A stretch of 63,118 nucleotides of DNA, the filler included, from Reticulomyxa filosa (lineage: Eukaryota > Protista > Foraminifera), in the NCBI GenBank assembly GCA_000512085.1. It is 24 parts of 24 records of this genome, joined end to end, with 100 filler letters (N's around TTAATTAATTAA, not from the genome) between each part and the next. Parts side by side here need not be neighbours in the genome. Positions count along the whole stretch, not along the records: positions 1 to 1,296 come from ASPP01034609.1; positions 1,397 to 5,190 come from ASPP01019554.1; positions 5,291 to 7,123 come from ASPP01028471.1; positions 7,224 to 8,307 come from ASPP01048762.1; positions 8,408 to 9,947 come from ASPP01008947.1; positions 10,048 to 13,125 come from ASPP01018117.1; 18 more parts are not named here. One strand, 5' to 3'. The position numbers and the translations under genes were made by a program. The stretch's first letter is position 1, and each line of letters begins with the position of its first letter. The notes under the pieces are model-generated. The model was given only the letters and a program-made list of their open reading frames with translations. It made no database searches and was not told the origin of the DNA. Positions 1-13,225 of the stretch are shown here, piece by piece.

Positions 1-991
1 ATTTCAAAATACAATACCCTCCAACAAAGCATCAATCATAATTTCTTCTTCATTTGGTGTCCATAAACGAGTAAGAGATTTCGCAAGAGAAAGTAGTGTG
101 TGAAAATATTATATAATGGCAACATATGATGAGCGGCGACGAAGAGAGTGCGTATTGAAACTGAATGAGGATCACTGACAGAATCCACATAGATCATCGA
201 TGTTGTTGATACATAGAGTATATGTGCATATTGCATTTATAAAAGTCTATAACATGTTGAACAGTTATAAATTAAAAAATTAGTAAGTAATAAACAAATC
301 TATAAAAATACAGTCTAAAATAGTTCGAGAAGCAAGTTAATTTTAATAGACTTGATGCCGGTATTATGCACAAGGTAAAAGTATATTATTAATAACTACA
401 AACGACAATTTAATACAGCATTGCAAATTGAGCAGGTAAAATTATAGAACATATTCCACTAATTGCAAAAGCTATTGCACTTAAACCCAAATAAATATAA
501 ATTTTTGAAATACTTTCAAAGACACTAGCAACAAAAAAAACTTTTATCAGCAGCACTAATAATAAATTACAAACAAAACATAAAATAAATCTCAAAAAAA
601 TAACAAAAAACAAACAAATAAATAAAATATTTTAACAAACTTATTTCATTCTTCAATGACATTTGCTAAATTACTAAACGACAAATACACCAAATACAAA
701 ACTAAAGTTAAAACATTAAATTAAAAAACGAAGGTAAAAAAGAAGGGGAAAAAAAATTACCAGGTAAGGCAAGAGTTCGCCTGGCAAATGTTTTATTTTT
801 TGCTTTTTTCCGCTTTTTTTTTCATTCCTTTGATCAAAAAAATAAACTTAAACAATATTGTTGACATTTACTTTGTTTTTTCCTTTTTTCTTAACAATAT
901 TGCAAGTCATCATTGTTCATTCCATTGTCGTAAATATGTAAATAGATAATTCTTTACAAAAAGTTCAACTAACGCAAGCAGATCAACAAAA

Positions 992-1296
992 TTGTTCAAA
1001 TATCACTTTTCTCAAACTTACCAACAACTGCATGTAATACAATTATTACAAGTATTTGGCAATAAAATGGACAAAACAATCATTTTGAAAACATGGAAAC
1101 AATTTGATCAAGTTTATTTAGACACACTTGCAAAATTGAAGGAGATTCCTTCTACTTATGATATCAGCAAGTTTAGATCTTATGGTAGCCACAAAAAAAA
1201 ATAATGTTTTCAGAATGTTTGTCGTTGTATATTGAATAGAATAGAAAAAAACAATGAATTGAAAATAATGAGAGAAATGTGTATGTATATATTATG
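992..1296 (+). pseudogene. Fragment of a repetitive protist protein family, possibly running into a PUB-like domain
   Basis: QLHVIQLLQVFGNKMDKTIILKTWKQFDQVYLDTLAKLKEI, then NELKIMREMCMYIL at the contig end. Resembles a Reticulomyxa multicopy family from memory only; not verified. Confidence 0.3.
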
Positions 1297-1396
1297 NNNN
1301 NNNNNNNNNNNNNNNNNNNNNNNNNNNNNNNNNNNNNNNNTTAATTAATTAANNNNNNNNNNNNNNNNNNNNNNNNNNNNNNNNNNNNNNNNNNNN
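1297..1396. other. Artificial contig-joining spacer (first of 23; others start at 5191, 7124, 8308, 9948, 13126, 25129, 27449, 28549, 30465, 35104, 36366, 37990, 42529, 43928, 45028, 46614, 51119, 54571, 55718, 56878, 59532, 61945)
   Basis: Identical N44-TTAATTAATTAA-N44 block each time; the 12-mer places stop codons in all six frames; composition and gene content change abruptly across it. Confidence 0.98.
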
Positions 1397-1479
1397 AAAA
1401 AAAAGGAAAAAAAGTAAAAAAAAGAAAAAAAATGCAAAAGTGAAAAAAATGGAGAAAAAAAAAAAAAAAAGAAGAAAAG

Positions 1480-3690
1480 GCAGAGATCGTGCCAAAACTT
1501 GCGTGTGCGTGCGCAAAATCGCAACTTGAATTTTGAATCGTGATCTCATTTGCGACGTTGAGCATTATCGCTTGGTGAAGAAAGAAAATATCTAGTATAC
1601 TATATCGTTGCAAATGCTCAAGTCTATTCGATCATGTCAATGTGTGTTATTCATAATAAGGTCAAAGAGCAGATGGACTTATATTGGAAATATCACGATA
1701 TGGAATGGGGATAGTGTGGCAAGATTACTTCAAACTAATCTCAAGAAATATATAGACCTTGGTGACTCGAAATATAGAAGCAAGCTCGCCAAAAAGAAAA
1801 AAAAGAAAACAGTGATAGCAATCAAAGTGAAATCGATGTTGATACTATTAGTGTACAGACGACGGCAGCGACTGGAGCGACGAAGAAGTGGAAGGTGACT
1901 AAGAAAAAAGGAAGAACACCATCAAAAAAAAAACATGGACATCGAACAAACCACTGTATCGGCAGAATCATCACATGTAAGAGTGGTTCAATTTAGCATG
2001 AGAAACTCACAAGACACCAGCAAGCAAGAAGAGACAGAGGAGGAGGAAGACGAAGAGAAAGAGCGTTCCGAAATTTATCGCGTGAAATTTGTTTAAAAAA
2101 AGAATAAAATAAAATAAAACAAGTAGGCGGCTTTATTGGAATTGGTTTTATGGACTTGTCTTTTTAGCCTGGAAACTCGCAAGTCGCCATTCGCGAAAGT
2201 ATTGAACGAATATGGCAAGTGCTACCAGGTATTTGAAAGAACTTGTTGGCCGTCAACATAGGCAAGTCTCCAGTGCTTTGTCATACCAAGAATTATTCGC
2301 AAAGATTGTGTCCAAATATGATCTACTGGCGCCAACGAGTAAGAGAAACTCGATCGATATAAAAATGGCAATTTTATAAACTTAAACAATAATCGGAATG
2401 CATAGATTGAGCACCCATGTCGAAACTGGTAGTATGTGTGCCCAAATTCACAACTTTGAATTTTGAATCTTGCATATATTGATAGGAGAAATTTTGAAGG
2501 TGCGAAACATTGAGCACGTTTATCGGTGAAGAAAGATAAATATAGATTGTTGCATTTTTCGAGCCATCGCTGCAAGAGTTGTGTGCCTTGCATTTGTCAA
2601 GCAAGAGCCTATTTTCTTTACTGAACTGCATCCGAAAACTACGGGCAACGTGTTGGGCGGCAATCAAAAGCAAGAAAAAAGAAACAACAAATACGTCTAA
2701 TAGTAAAATGGACTATGGAAATTGTACAGTACATCATTTCAAATGCTCACGTCCATTCAGTCAGGTCAAAGTATGTTTCTCATTATAACGGCGACAAGAG
2801 AAGATAAACTTGCAGTTGGAAAACAGTGCGATATGTAGTCGGAATAGTTGGCGAGATTCTCTCAGATCAATCGCAGACAATATCTAGACCTCAGTGCCGC
2901 CAAATATGAAGTCAAGCTCGCCAAGAAGAAAAAAAGAAGACTAATCATGCAAAGTAAAAATAATATGGACATTATGTTATGAGATTGGTTCAATTTAGTT
3001 TGAAACTCACAGGACACCATTAAGCAAGAAAGAAAAAGAGGATGACGATGATTTGTTTAAAAAAAAAAAAAAACAACCAATCAGCAGATTTTATTGACTT
3101 GAATATTTCCAAACTCAAAAATCGATTCCATAACCAAAGTCGCCACTCTCGAACGTATACTAACTTCACATAGTTCGTCCCAATGGAAAATGTTGAACGG
3201 AATATGTCAATGTCTCGAAGCAGTAACCCGAAATATTGCAAAGAACTTGTTTGTCGTCAACGTATGTGGACACAAGTTTCTGTCGCTTTGCCATGCCAAC
3301 AATTGTCAGCAAAGATTATGTCGAACTGCAATCTAACAGAATAAGCAAGTGAAACTCAATCGGTATGGAAATAACGATAATTTTATAACGGAGCACAATA
3401 ATGGAAACACAGATATTGAGCAAAACTGGTCGTGTGCGTGCGCATATGCGCAAATTTGGATTTTAGATCATGCAGACAACATTGAACATTGATAATTGGT
3501 GAATAGAGAGAGATTATTGCATTTTCTGGCCCCATTACTGCAATGGCTATTTGCCTTGCGTTCGTCAAAAGAGCGCATGTAATCTTTGCTGGACTGTCTC
3601 CAGGATCGACTATTGACGACTGGTAACGTGTTGAACAGCACTCAAGAAAGCAAGCAAGAAGAACAATAGCGAATACGTCAAAAAAAAAGG
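1480..3690 (+). repeat. Degenerate tandem repeat, about 1 kb period, two-and-a-bit copies of a decayed coding unit
   Basis: Matching blocks: GTGTGCG..CAAA..TTTTGAATC at about 1500, 2435 and 3430; CAAGCTCGCCAA(A/G)AAGAAAA at 1781 and 2913; GGTTCAATTTAG..GAAACTCACA at 1985 and 2986; AAAGAACTTGTT..CGTCAAC at 2236 and 3240. Confidence 0.8.
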
Positions 3691-4149
3691 AAATACAAAT
3701 GATACCTTAACTCATTGGATCGTCAGCCCAAAAATTGTTAAATGGACGTATGTTGATGGATGCAAGAATTTCCAACAACGACAGTTATCCAAGGTCAAAT
3801 TGTGTATCTTATTACAATGGTGATGATAGCGAATGAATTTGGTATTTAGAAAATATCTATTGCGTATGACTGCATTGGAACAATCGAAGAGTGAGAGGAA
3901 AGTATGATAAACTCTTGGCAACAAAGAACCATTGCACAAAGACCAAATCGAGATCAATTCAAATAAGAGTTGCATCATTTGGAAACATCTCCTCCTCCAA
4001 CTTTGCAAGACATTCGACCAGTGAACGGAAGAAATGATGAAATATTTTTGGACGATATCAAAAAAGTAAGTGAAGACAAAGAACGAGAAAGCAGAAGTGA
4101 ATGACGATGATAGCGAAGACGAAGACGGAGACAAAGATAACAAAGCCGA

Positions 4150-5190
4150 ACATGGATACGCAAAACTCATAGTGGGGCTGTTGGTGATCGAGTTCGATTC
4201 TTGGGAAACAAAACAGGAGTTATGCACTATCTTGGCGATATAGAGCTTTCCAATGAAAAACTTATTGAAATTGAGCTGGATAGTTGACATCCTAACATAA
4301 TCGACGGAACTGTGCGAGGAAAGACTTATTTCAAAGTTAGTTTCAATTTATTTGTGTATTTATTCTTGTTTTGTTTTAATTTCATCTTATTGTATTCTAC
4401 TTCGTTGTGGAGAATCTATGATTTATTTATTTGTCTTAGAAAAAAATAAATAAATAAGTACTTGATTTTATTTTGATTTAGGAAAGCAAACTGAAGACAA
4501 CAACGATAACGCGGTCCGAAAACCTCAAATATGATCTTCCAATTGAAACCATTCAAGCCCAACGATCGCATAATCTTTGTCAATGGAGATAACAGATATT
4601 GTCAAGTACATTGGTTATCCTCTTTTTTTCGAGGACGAAGTTATTGGCATTGAACTAGATTTGTCTTTTTAGAAACAATTTTTTTTTATATGTAATGATA
4701 TTTTGTCTTTTCTTTATAGACGTATTGGTTCCTGGTGCTCATGATTGCATGTACAACCAATGTTGATACTTTCAGGTGTTTTTTTTTGCAATATTTGTTT
4801 GAAGTTAAAGAACATGTATCAATTGATAGTAATTTGATTTGAGTGTAAAGTGTAGTGTCCCAAAGGAAGAGGTATTTCATCAAACGAAGTTCAATAGCCA
4901 TCATTCAATCGATTCTGGAAATAAAACCATAGCGACAGGCCATAGTGACAGGCCATAGCGACAGCCTATAGCGACAACAAAAGGGAAGAAAGCAAACACA
5001 GCATTGGACAACGAGTGCAAGTTGACATGAGAAAAAAAAGGAAATAATCTGACTATTTTTTTTTAAAACGATATGCAATGCTGGACTTTGAAATTTGGAA
5101 AAATAGAAAATACGTTAAATTGGAAAAGATACGAACGAAGAGGACGTATACGGCATTTAGCTAGATGAAAAATACATAAAGGTACAAATG
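4150..5190 (+). pseudogene. Multi-CAP-Gly domain (microtubule-binding) pseudogene
   Basis: GNKTGVMHYLGDIELSNEKLIEIELDS*HPNIIDGTVRGKTYFKV (TGA at 4285-4287 at the Trp position); second copy IVKYIGYPLFFEDEVIGIELD near 4598-4660 after a frameshift; third decayed copy near 5105-5190. Confidence 0.75.
4927..4978 (+). repeat. 13-bp minisatellite, 4 copies (CCATAGCGACAGG consensus)
   Basis: ccatagcgacagg ccatagtgacagg ccatagcgacagc ctatagcgacaac read directly. Confidence 0.9.
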
Positions 5191-8100
5191 NNNNNNNNNN
5201 NNNNNNNNNNNNNNNNNNNNNNNNNNNNNNNNNNTTAATTAATTAANNNNNNNNNNNNNNNNNNNNNNNNNNNNNNNNNNNNNNNNNNNNTGTCGGTTTG
5301 ATACTTTTGTCTAATTTGTGAATGGAAGCAAGTACAACTATTTAATTTAACTTCATCTGCCATCATTATTTTTTTGGCCATCATTCTGATGCAACTAAAA
5401 GGGTATTTTTTACAAAAGTTTAGAAAGCATGAAAATAACTCCAATATTTGTGGATCAATCGTTGCATATTGATAAACTCCCAACAGACCTCGCTATTTTT
5501 TACTTTGGCAAAATGCAAAAAATTTATAGACTTTGACCCCTTTTGTTTTTGTAAATTTCAATTAAACTTTCTCTTTTCTTTTGTCCTCTTCGAACTCAAC
5601 ACCAATTTTGACAATATCACCATCAAAGTTAAGCAAATCTATGCTGACATGTATCGGGGTGTTTATAAAACAATTGAACTTGATCATTTTTCGAACGTGA
5701 CTTGTTCAGAAAAAGGGGGTTTCAAAATATATTTTAAATTTTTTGAGCGTTGGTACTTGCTTTTGTCATCATAATATTGTACTCCATGTTTATGTTTAGA
5801 CTTATATAATTCAAATTCTACCGATTTTTGTTGTCGTGGAATAGTGTATTCTTCTTTGTGCTCCTATTAATTTATTCAGTGAATATTTCACTCAACTTCT
5901 CTATTTTCAAACTTGTCGAATAATCATGTTAAAAAATCTTTTGTAAATATATCCAGTGTGTGAATCAAAAGAACTAACTTTGTGATCATCATCAAGAAGT
6001 CATTTGTTCTTCACCAAATTACATGTTGATATTATTGTTTTTTCTTCAACAAAAATTGATATTTTTGAACTTTTTTGTTATGGTGGCCATCACAAAAAAG
6101 AAACTAGTTTTTTCCAATTTACACATTATTATTTATAAATAAAAGCAAAGAGTTGAACTTCTGTATGTTTGAAATGTAATTGCAACAATTCAACAATTAA
6201 AGATATTATATGTTTTTGCTTCCATTAACTGATAAATCGTCTCTATTCATTATTAATTTGACGATATTTGATATGGTCAGGATATTTCAAAATATTCCAT
6301 AAAATATACAAACACATTTTTATCAAAATTTTGAATTCGCTTTCTTCTTTCGTTCTATTATTTTACGAATCATTTTTTCATTTTATTTTAATATGTATTT
6401 AATTTATATTAACTCATTTAAGTTGGAAGTTGCACAAATCTCTCTTAATTCTCTAGTGTATCAACAAAAAATTTGACTATGATTTCTCCATGTTTGTGGT
6501 ATTTTTGTCTTTTCAATTGTATTGCCGAATCGTTTAAATAAAATCATTAAATGATGCTATTGTTGTAAATTTGTGCTATATTAAAATATAGAATTAATAA
6601 TTTGATGTTTGTATTAAAAAAGAAATTTTTATTACGTGTTCTGTACTAACCATGTTGAACTTTTTTTGTCTTTTCTTAAATCCGTTCAATGCATCTGAAA
6701 TAATCTCTTTGCATATCTTGGGGAAAGTCTGTTGAAGTTTTATGAGCATGATGAAGTTAACTCCAAAATCTTTTTTATTTTGAAGGTTCAAAAATTCGAT
6801 AAAAAATTCGTTTGACAAAAAATTAAAATTTGATCAAAAAATATTTAATGCCTCTATAAGAATGGCAAAATGGCCTTTGTATTTGTAAATACAAAAAGTA
6901 AAAATAAAATCTTCGACCAAATTTAAATACTTTTTAATAACAAAGACATATTTTGATTGTTGACAGGTATTTCATTGATGTGATGTCGAAAAAAAAGTTG
7001 AAGTATTTTTTTTTATCTTACATCATCAAGACCATCTAAAAAGAGATGAAAGAATGAACACTCATGAAAATGAAAAACACCATCACAACTAACATTGATA
7101 ATTTTCGTTCAATCTTTCAAAAANNNNNNNNNNNNNNNNNNNNNNNNNNNNNNNNNNNNNNNNNNNNTTAATTAATTAANNNNNNNNNNNNNNNNNNNNN
7201 NNNNNNNNNNNNNNNNNNNNNNNTCATTGAAAATAGTTTGAAAATGATGTATTTATGATTTGTTTTTCTTTTGGAAATTTTTAACGTACTTGTGGCTTAT
7301 TCTTTTTTTTAATTAATGAGATTATGTACACATAGAATCAACCAAAATCATTTTACTTTTTTTGAATAAAATACTATTTGATTTTCCTCAAAAAAGAATT
7401 TGTATTTTTTTTCTATCAAACTTTGTAAGCCTGTGTCTGTTTTCAAAAATTAATCTTTGATACTTGCAAACAAAGCACTCACACCTCATAAGCAACCTTT
7501 TAACTCTCTTACTTAAAGTCATTTGTCTTTAAAAAAAAGATATGTATACATTATTACAAAAGAGTAAAATATCAAAATCAATCAGAAAGGAGTCCTTTGC
7601 GTATTATTTATCACATATTCCTTTACAACTGATTCATCAAATCATATAGACCAAAGAATTGTATAATCTTTGAAAACGATGTCCATTTTTAACAAAAAAA
7701 CATTTAGGTTGTAAATGTAAACAATATGGTCTAATTCCCATGTGCACAATTTTGTTTTCAACAAAAAATCCTTTTTAAAATATTTTTTTCATTTTAATAG
7801 AATCCTCAACTTGTTTTTTGAATAATAATATACTAGTTTTGTAATAAAATATGACAAAAAATAAAAAATAAGTTAACACATTTAATACATTTTGGATATA
7901 ATTTCATAACATTTTAACATTACAACAATTGAAACAAACTTTGAGGATATTCAAATTAGAGTGGATATCACTTCCAACGAACAAATAAAAATCAATATCA
8001 AATCATCTCAAATGTGATATTTCTTTTTGACAGCAACAAGTCTTTCAAAAGCAAAATAAGCAAGATTTTGAAATGGTGTAATGAAATAATCGACATTGAT

Positions 8101-9332
8101 CACAAGGAGTGTATGTGTGTCAAATCAATATAGTTTTCGTATCATCTTATCATTTTTAACAATGAAACATACTTCACCACATGTACTGAGTGATATAAAA
8201 AAACTTGATATATCTCCTGGAAAAATACAATCTCAATTATGTAAAATAATTTCTTTATTCATCACGCTGTGATTGAAGTAATCTCATTTCATTCGTTTCT
8301 TCAATAANNNNNNNNNNNNNNNNNNNNNNNNNNNNNNNNNNNNNNNNNNNNTTAATTAATTAANNNNNNNNNNNNNNNNNNNNNNNNNNNNNNNNNNNNN
8401 NNNNNNNTTTTTTTTTTTTTATAAAAAAAAAAAAAAAAAAAAAAAAGAAAAAATATTTTATTTTTTTTTTTTGTATATATTGCCGGATATGCACGGATCA
8501 TATTCGCTTGTTTTTATGCTCTTCTTAACTTGCTACAGATAATCAACCACTCGAAAGATTTGAAAAAATATAACATGAAATTCGTCCATTACACCCAATC
8601 CAACAAAGTACGTTCTAGTCAAGACTATAGTGTTAGCTATGCCGCTGGCGTTCTGTACTTGCCGGCAGAAAAATAAATGTTTCAGCCTTTTTTCTTGCAA
8701 CCAAAACTTGGACAAAGTAACACTGCCACTTGTTGTAATTGGGTTTTTGGGATCATACCTACTTTAAACGTCGGTTTTTTCAATAGTTTTATACAAATGT
8801 CTTTGTTTTGTTTGCTTCAATATTACCTTGGTTGGATGTACCTTTTTTTCATCCTTTATTGTTGAATCTATAGCTTTCAAAAACCAAATCATTTATAATA
8901 CTTTTTCTTTTAGACATAAATAATATTATTCCAATACTTTGAAATAACGATTGATATGTAATAATTTTTTTCTTTTTTGGTTAAATGTAAAGTACTACAG
9001 CCTCTTCAGATATCTTTAACTTCGGTTGTTAAGGGAACAGTATGTACGCGCGTCAAAAGGGCCAAGACAGGGAGACAGCCAAAAAGCCAAAAAAAAAAAT
9101 ATGAGGAAATCATAAAAAACTGTGGGCATTGATTGCCAATTTGATTTAAAAAAAAGTAGAAACAGATAAAAAAGGATTTTTTTTAGCTTAAGTAAGAAGA
9201 ATCTCGAATAGAGGAAGAAAAAAAAAGGACAAAAACACGTCAAAACAAAATTTTGGAAAGGACGAGGTGCACTCCCAAAGTGCGTTACTTGTAGGTCATA
9301 AGGCAAATACACAGACTGCCCACAGTGTAAAT

Positions 9333-9857
9333 ATGAGCGAGAGCCATATTCAAAGCGAATGGAAACTTCGTGATAGCCTTCCAATGTATATTGCAGAATT
9401 CATTGGGACAATGATGTACGTTGTCACAATGGCCACCATCCGAACAGAACAAAGCCAAGCTAATAGCGGAGGGGCAAACCTCGCTCCTCTCAGTGTTGGG
9501 TTCATGTTAGTGGCTATGGTTTATGCATTTGGGCACGTTTCAGGGGCTCATTTTAATCCTGGTCAGTGCCATGGTGGAGGAATAAAAAAATAAAAATCGA
9601 TTTTCCGTTTTTTTTTTTTTTTTGGAAAGGGGTAAAAAAAAAAAAAAAAAATGTGAGCCTTGCTTTTGTTTTGAAAATCCTCCTTTCTTGTTACTACCTT
9701 TGTTGGAAAACAGCTGTGACATTGAGCGTTTATATCAGAGGATTCATCTCAATTTGGGATGCCACAATATTTGTCGTTGTTCAAGTTTGTGGAGGAATTT
9801 CTGGAGCTTTTTTGAGTGCATTGCTTGCTGATGAGTACCCTTCGCTTGAACCAAAAG
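9333..9857 (+). CDS. Aquaporin / MIP family channel, 5' part (exons 9333-9561 and 9714-9857; runs off contig)
   Basis: AEFIGT helix-1 motif, GHVSGAHFNP|AVT with the NPA motif split by a GT-AG intron 9562-9713, then the VVQVCGGISGA helix. Confidence 0.95.
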
Positions 9858-12800
9858 GTTAGCTTTTTTTTTCTTGAACTTTTTTTTTTTTTTTAATTAT
9901 AAAAAAAAAAAAGGGGTTACATTTTGTTAATTTTTTTTTTTTTTTTTNNNNNNNNNNNNNNNNNNNNNNNNNNNNNNNNNNNNNNNNNNNNTTAATTAAT
10001 TAANNNNNNNNNNNNNNNNNNNNNNNNNNNNNNNNNNNNNNNNNNNNATGAATGGCCGAAGCTGTTTGAATTGTGTCTTTGATACTGATCAGAGAAAAAA
10101 ATGTGATGAAAACAGCAAAAATGGTATGTTCACATAAAAACAATTTTTTGTAAGCAAGTTTAAAGAAGCTGTGACAATGGAGTTTTGATCGGTCAACAGT
10201 TCTGAAAATTTGCGAGAATATTATCAATTCTTTTTTTTTCTCTCTTTTGTTCTTAAAATTTTGTAACAAGAGCCAGTTCTGATAGAAAAGAAAAATGAAG
10301 GCGAAAGAGAGGGAAAAAATTGAATAAGACTATCAACAAGTGTGGAATTAATTGTTTTCTGATTCAACAGTTGCGTGAGTTTGATTAACTAAAAATATGA
10401 GATAAAACATCAAAACGCACGACTGTTCAAAAGAAACAGTACCACACCTGTTCGAAATGTCGTACATTTCTCTCCTGTTCATTGTTTTTCTGCATTTTAT
10501 CTTTGTTATCCCTTTCCAAAAAAATTTAGTGTGTTTATTTGTATAGCAATAAAATCACAAAAGCAAAGTGAAGGCGAGCGTGAGCTATTAATATTAAGGC
10601 CTAAGGAGAAAACGTTTTGTGAAAAAGCAAAGCGGATCAGACAAACATTGGCATTTTTAGCAAACTGGTTCGAAACACTTTTTGTTCTTGCAATCGTAGT
10701 CAAACTTTTACGAGAAAACTTCTTGCTTTGGTTTAGCAAGTGTCCATTTTTGAATTGGAGTTGGTTATCTTATTTTATTTTTTGTGCGATTGCGAATGTT
10801 TAAAAAATTTGCACTAACAAACCTTTTGCAAACATTTCAATCCGTCAAACAGGGAATTAAACATCATTTGCAGTGGGTTAAGTTTTTCTGGCAAAAGATG
10901 TTCGATCACTGACGCTTGTGTTATAGCTTTTTTAAACAGAATTTGCTTTTGTTCCCTTCTTCCGCACTTTGGCATGAACATATCCATAGCAAACAAAAAG
11001 CTACCACTGATTGAACGTCAGCTTAAATGATTTGATGTTATTAATAATTTTGTACGACTCAATAACTAGTCATTTAACTATTGTATGTGTCATATCATTG
11101 ATTTACAAGTAATAATATTTCTTTTATAAAAATTGGTATTACTTGATAAGACTTTTGAATTAATCAACATGTATTTAATATGTCTTATTATCAAATTTTG
11201 ATTTGAAAAAGATCTTGTAATATTGCTGTTGATGTAATTGCACCAAGCGATAAATACAAAAGTGCAATGATGAATTAGCGGCACTGGCGAAAAAACCAAA
11301 GTTATGAATTTTAAAAAAATGCAAAACCGAAACGTTGTATTTACTTAAAGAGTAAACTCTATCGAAAAAATTCTTTAGAAGTGAATTGATTTTTGATGTT
11401 TTTCTTTATACTTTCTTCTTCGCGTTGAACAACTTTTATTTTCTTTTATTTTTTTTATTTCTTGTCACTTCTGAACGTTGTTATCCACGATGTTGACAAA
11501 AAAATGAAAGAATTGACATTATCGTAAAAAAAGTTATTCATCTCAAGATGAAAACATATTAACAACTAATGTTATGAAATGAATATAATTTTATATTTTT
11601 GGATTGAACAAGAACAATTAATTTTTTGATTTAGCTGTTTTTATTTTGATTAACTAAAAAAATAAAATAACTTACACATTATGACAAAAAAAATTTATAA
11701 ACGACTACTAATAAAAAAAACATTTAAGTCATTTTGAAACTTTAAACTACTTCAGTGAATGTGATCTATTCATTAATCAGTAAATGTAAAATTTAGCAGT
11801 CTAAACTTTAAGAATAAGAAATTAAACAAATGATGCCATATAATAAAAAAAAAATTTGGAACTAGACCCCTTTTTAAGGAACTATTCAAATTATAATAAT
11901 TTTGTTTTGTGTTTTTTCATTTTTATTTATTCATTTATTGGATTTACAAGTATTGAGTTATTTTATCAAGAAAAAATATATTAATTCAATTGAAGTATAT
12001 TGTTACAAAGAGGACATGCGTTTAGTTTTTTTACTTTCACTTTTTTTCAACTGCAAGATGTTCTTTCCAGGAGCAACACAAAAACACAAAAAAATTCACT
12101 TCCAAAGGATTTTTCTAATGGGATTTATTCGATGGGTTAATTCAATTCTTTGTTCAATACATTTAGATCGATCACATGGCCCATTTGATTGATTTTGTGC
12201 AGTCAAAGTACTTACAAAAGTTTTACAAATTTCCTTGGTAAAATCTGCTCATACCCTTCTTTTTTAATTGAAAATGTATTCAACAGTGTGCCTTTGAAAG
12301 AAAGCCTTTTTGGCTGAAAACACTTTAAAGTTTTTTTTACTTGTGGAACATGCTCCCTATCTTACTTTGCTTCAGAGAATTTACGGAAAAAGAATTTGAA
12401 AATCTTCTATTTGTTCAAAATTTAATTCCTTATTTTTTCTTTCAATTTTCCAAACAAATTAAAATCACGTTGAATGAAGTGATCTCGAAAGGTGTTTATT
12501 CCACTTTAAAATTTTTTTCTTTCATCTTTTTTTTGTTGACAACTATTTTAAAAACAAAAGACAGATTGCTGCATTTCTCTACTTGCTTGCTGAAAATAAT
12601 CTGTTAGCTGTTTGATTTTTTTAACTTACATTTCTTCATCTTTTCAGACGCCAAAAACAAAAATTAAACATAATCATTATTATTTGTCTATATCAATAAA
12701 AATTCGATATTCTTAAGACACGAAGCAAGCGTTAATAGATTTACTATTTGTCATTTGTCATTTTGCATCAAATACGCAACTGTGTTATTTAAATAAACAT

Positions 12801-13225
12801 CATATAGCATATCTAACGAACGTAAAGATTGTCATTTCTATTTTTTTTCTCTTTATTGCACAAACAATTTGGCAAAATAAAATGAATTTTATTTAGTTGC
12901 ACAATATTAAATTGTTTTCATTAAATTTTCATCTTCAAGTAAAGGGTTATAATATGTTTTCTTTTGACAAAATACATACTTACTTTCCTGGTTAATAAAA
13001 ACAATGCAGCTGCTTTCGTAGTTACTTCTAGTTCTAAAACTGTAAATAGTGATTTCATAATCTCTTCACTTACTTTGTTTTGCAACCACATGATAGAAAG
13101 AAAAAAAAAAAAATGGAACTACGTTNNNNNNNNNNNNNNNNNNNNNNNNNNNNNNNNNNNNNNNNNNNNTTAATTAATTAANNNNNNNNNNNNNNNNNNN
13201 NNNNNNNNNNNNNNNNNNNNNNNNN

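Noticed and set aside
5291-8307. Possible decayed NACHT/PUB-family coding remnants
   Set aside because: Too degenerate to support any motif-level call.
10048-13125. Short ORFs in a 3-kb AT-rich contig
   Set aside because: F/L/K/I-rich translations typical of non-coding AT-rich DNA; no motif recognised.
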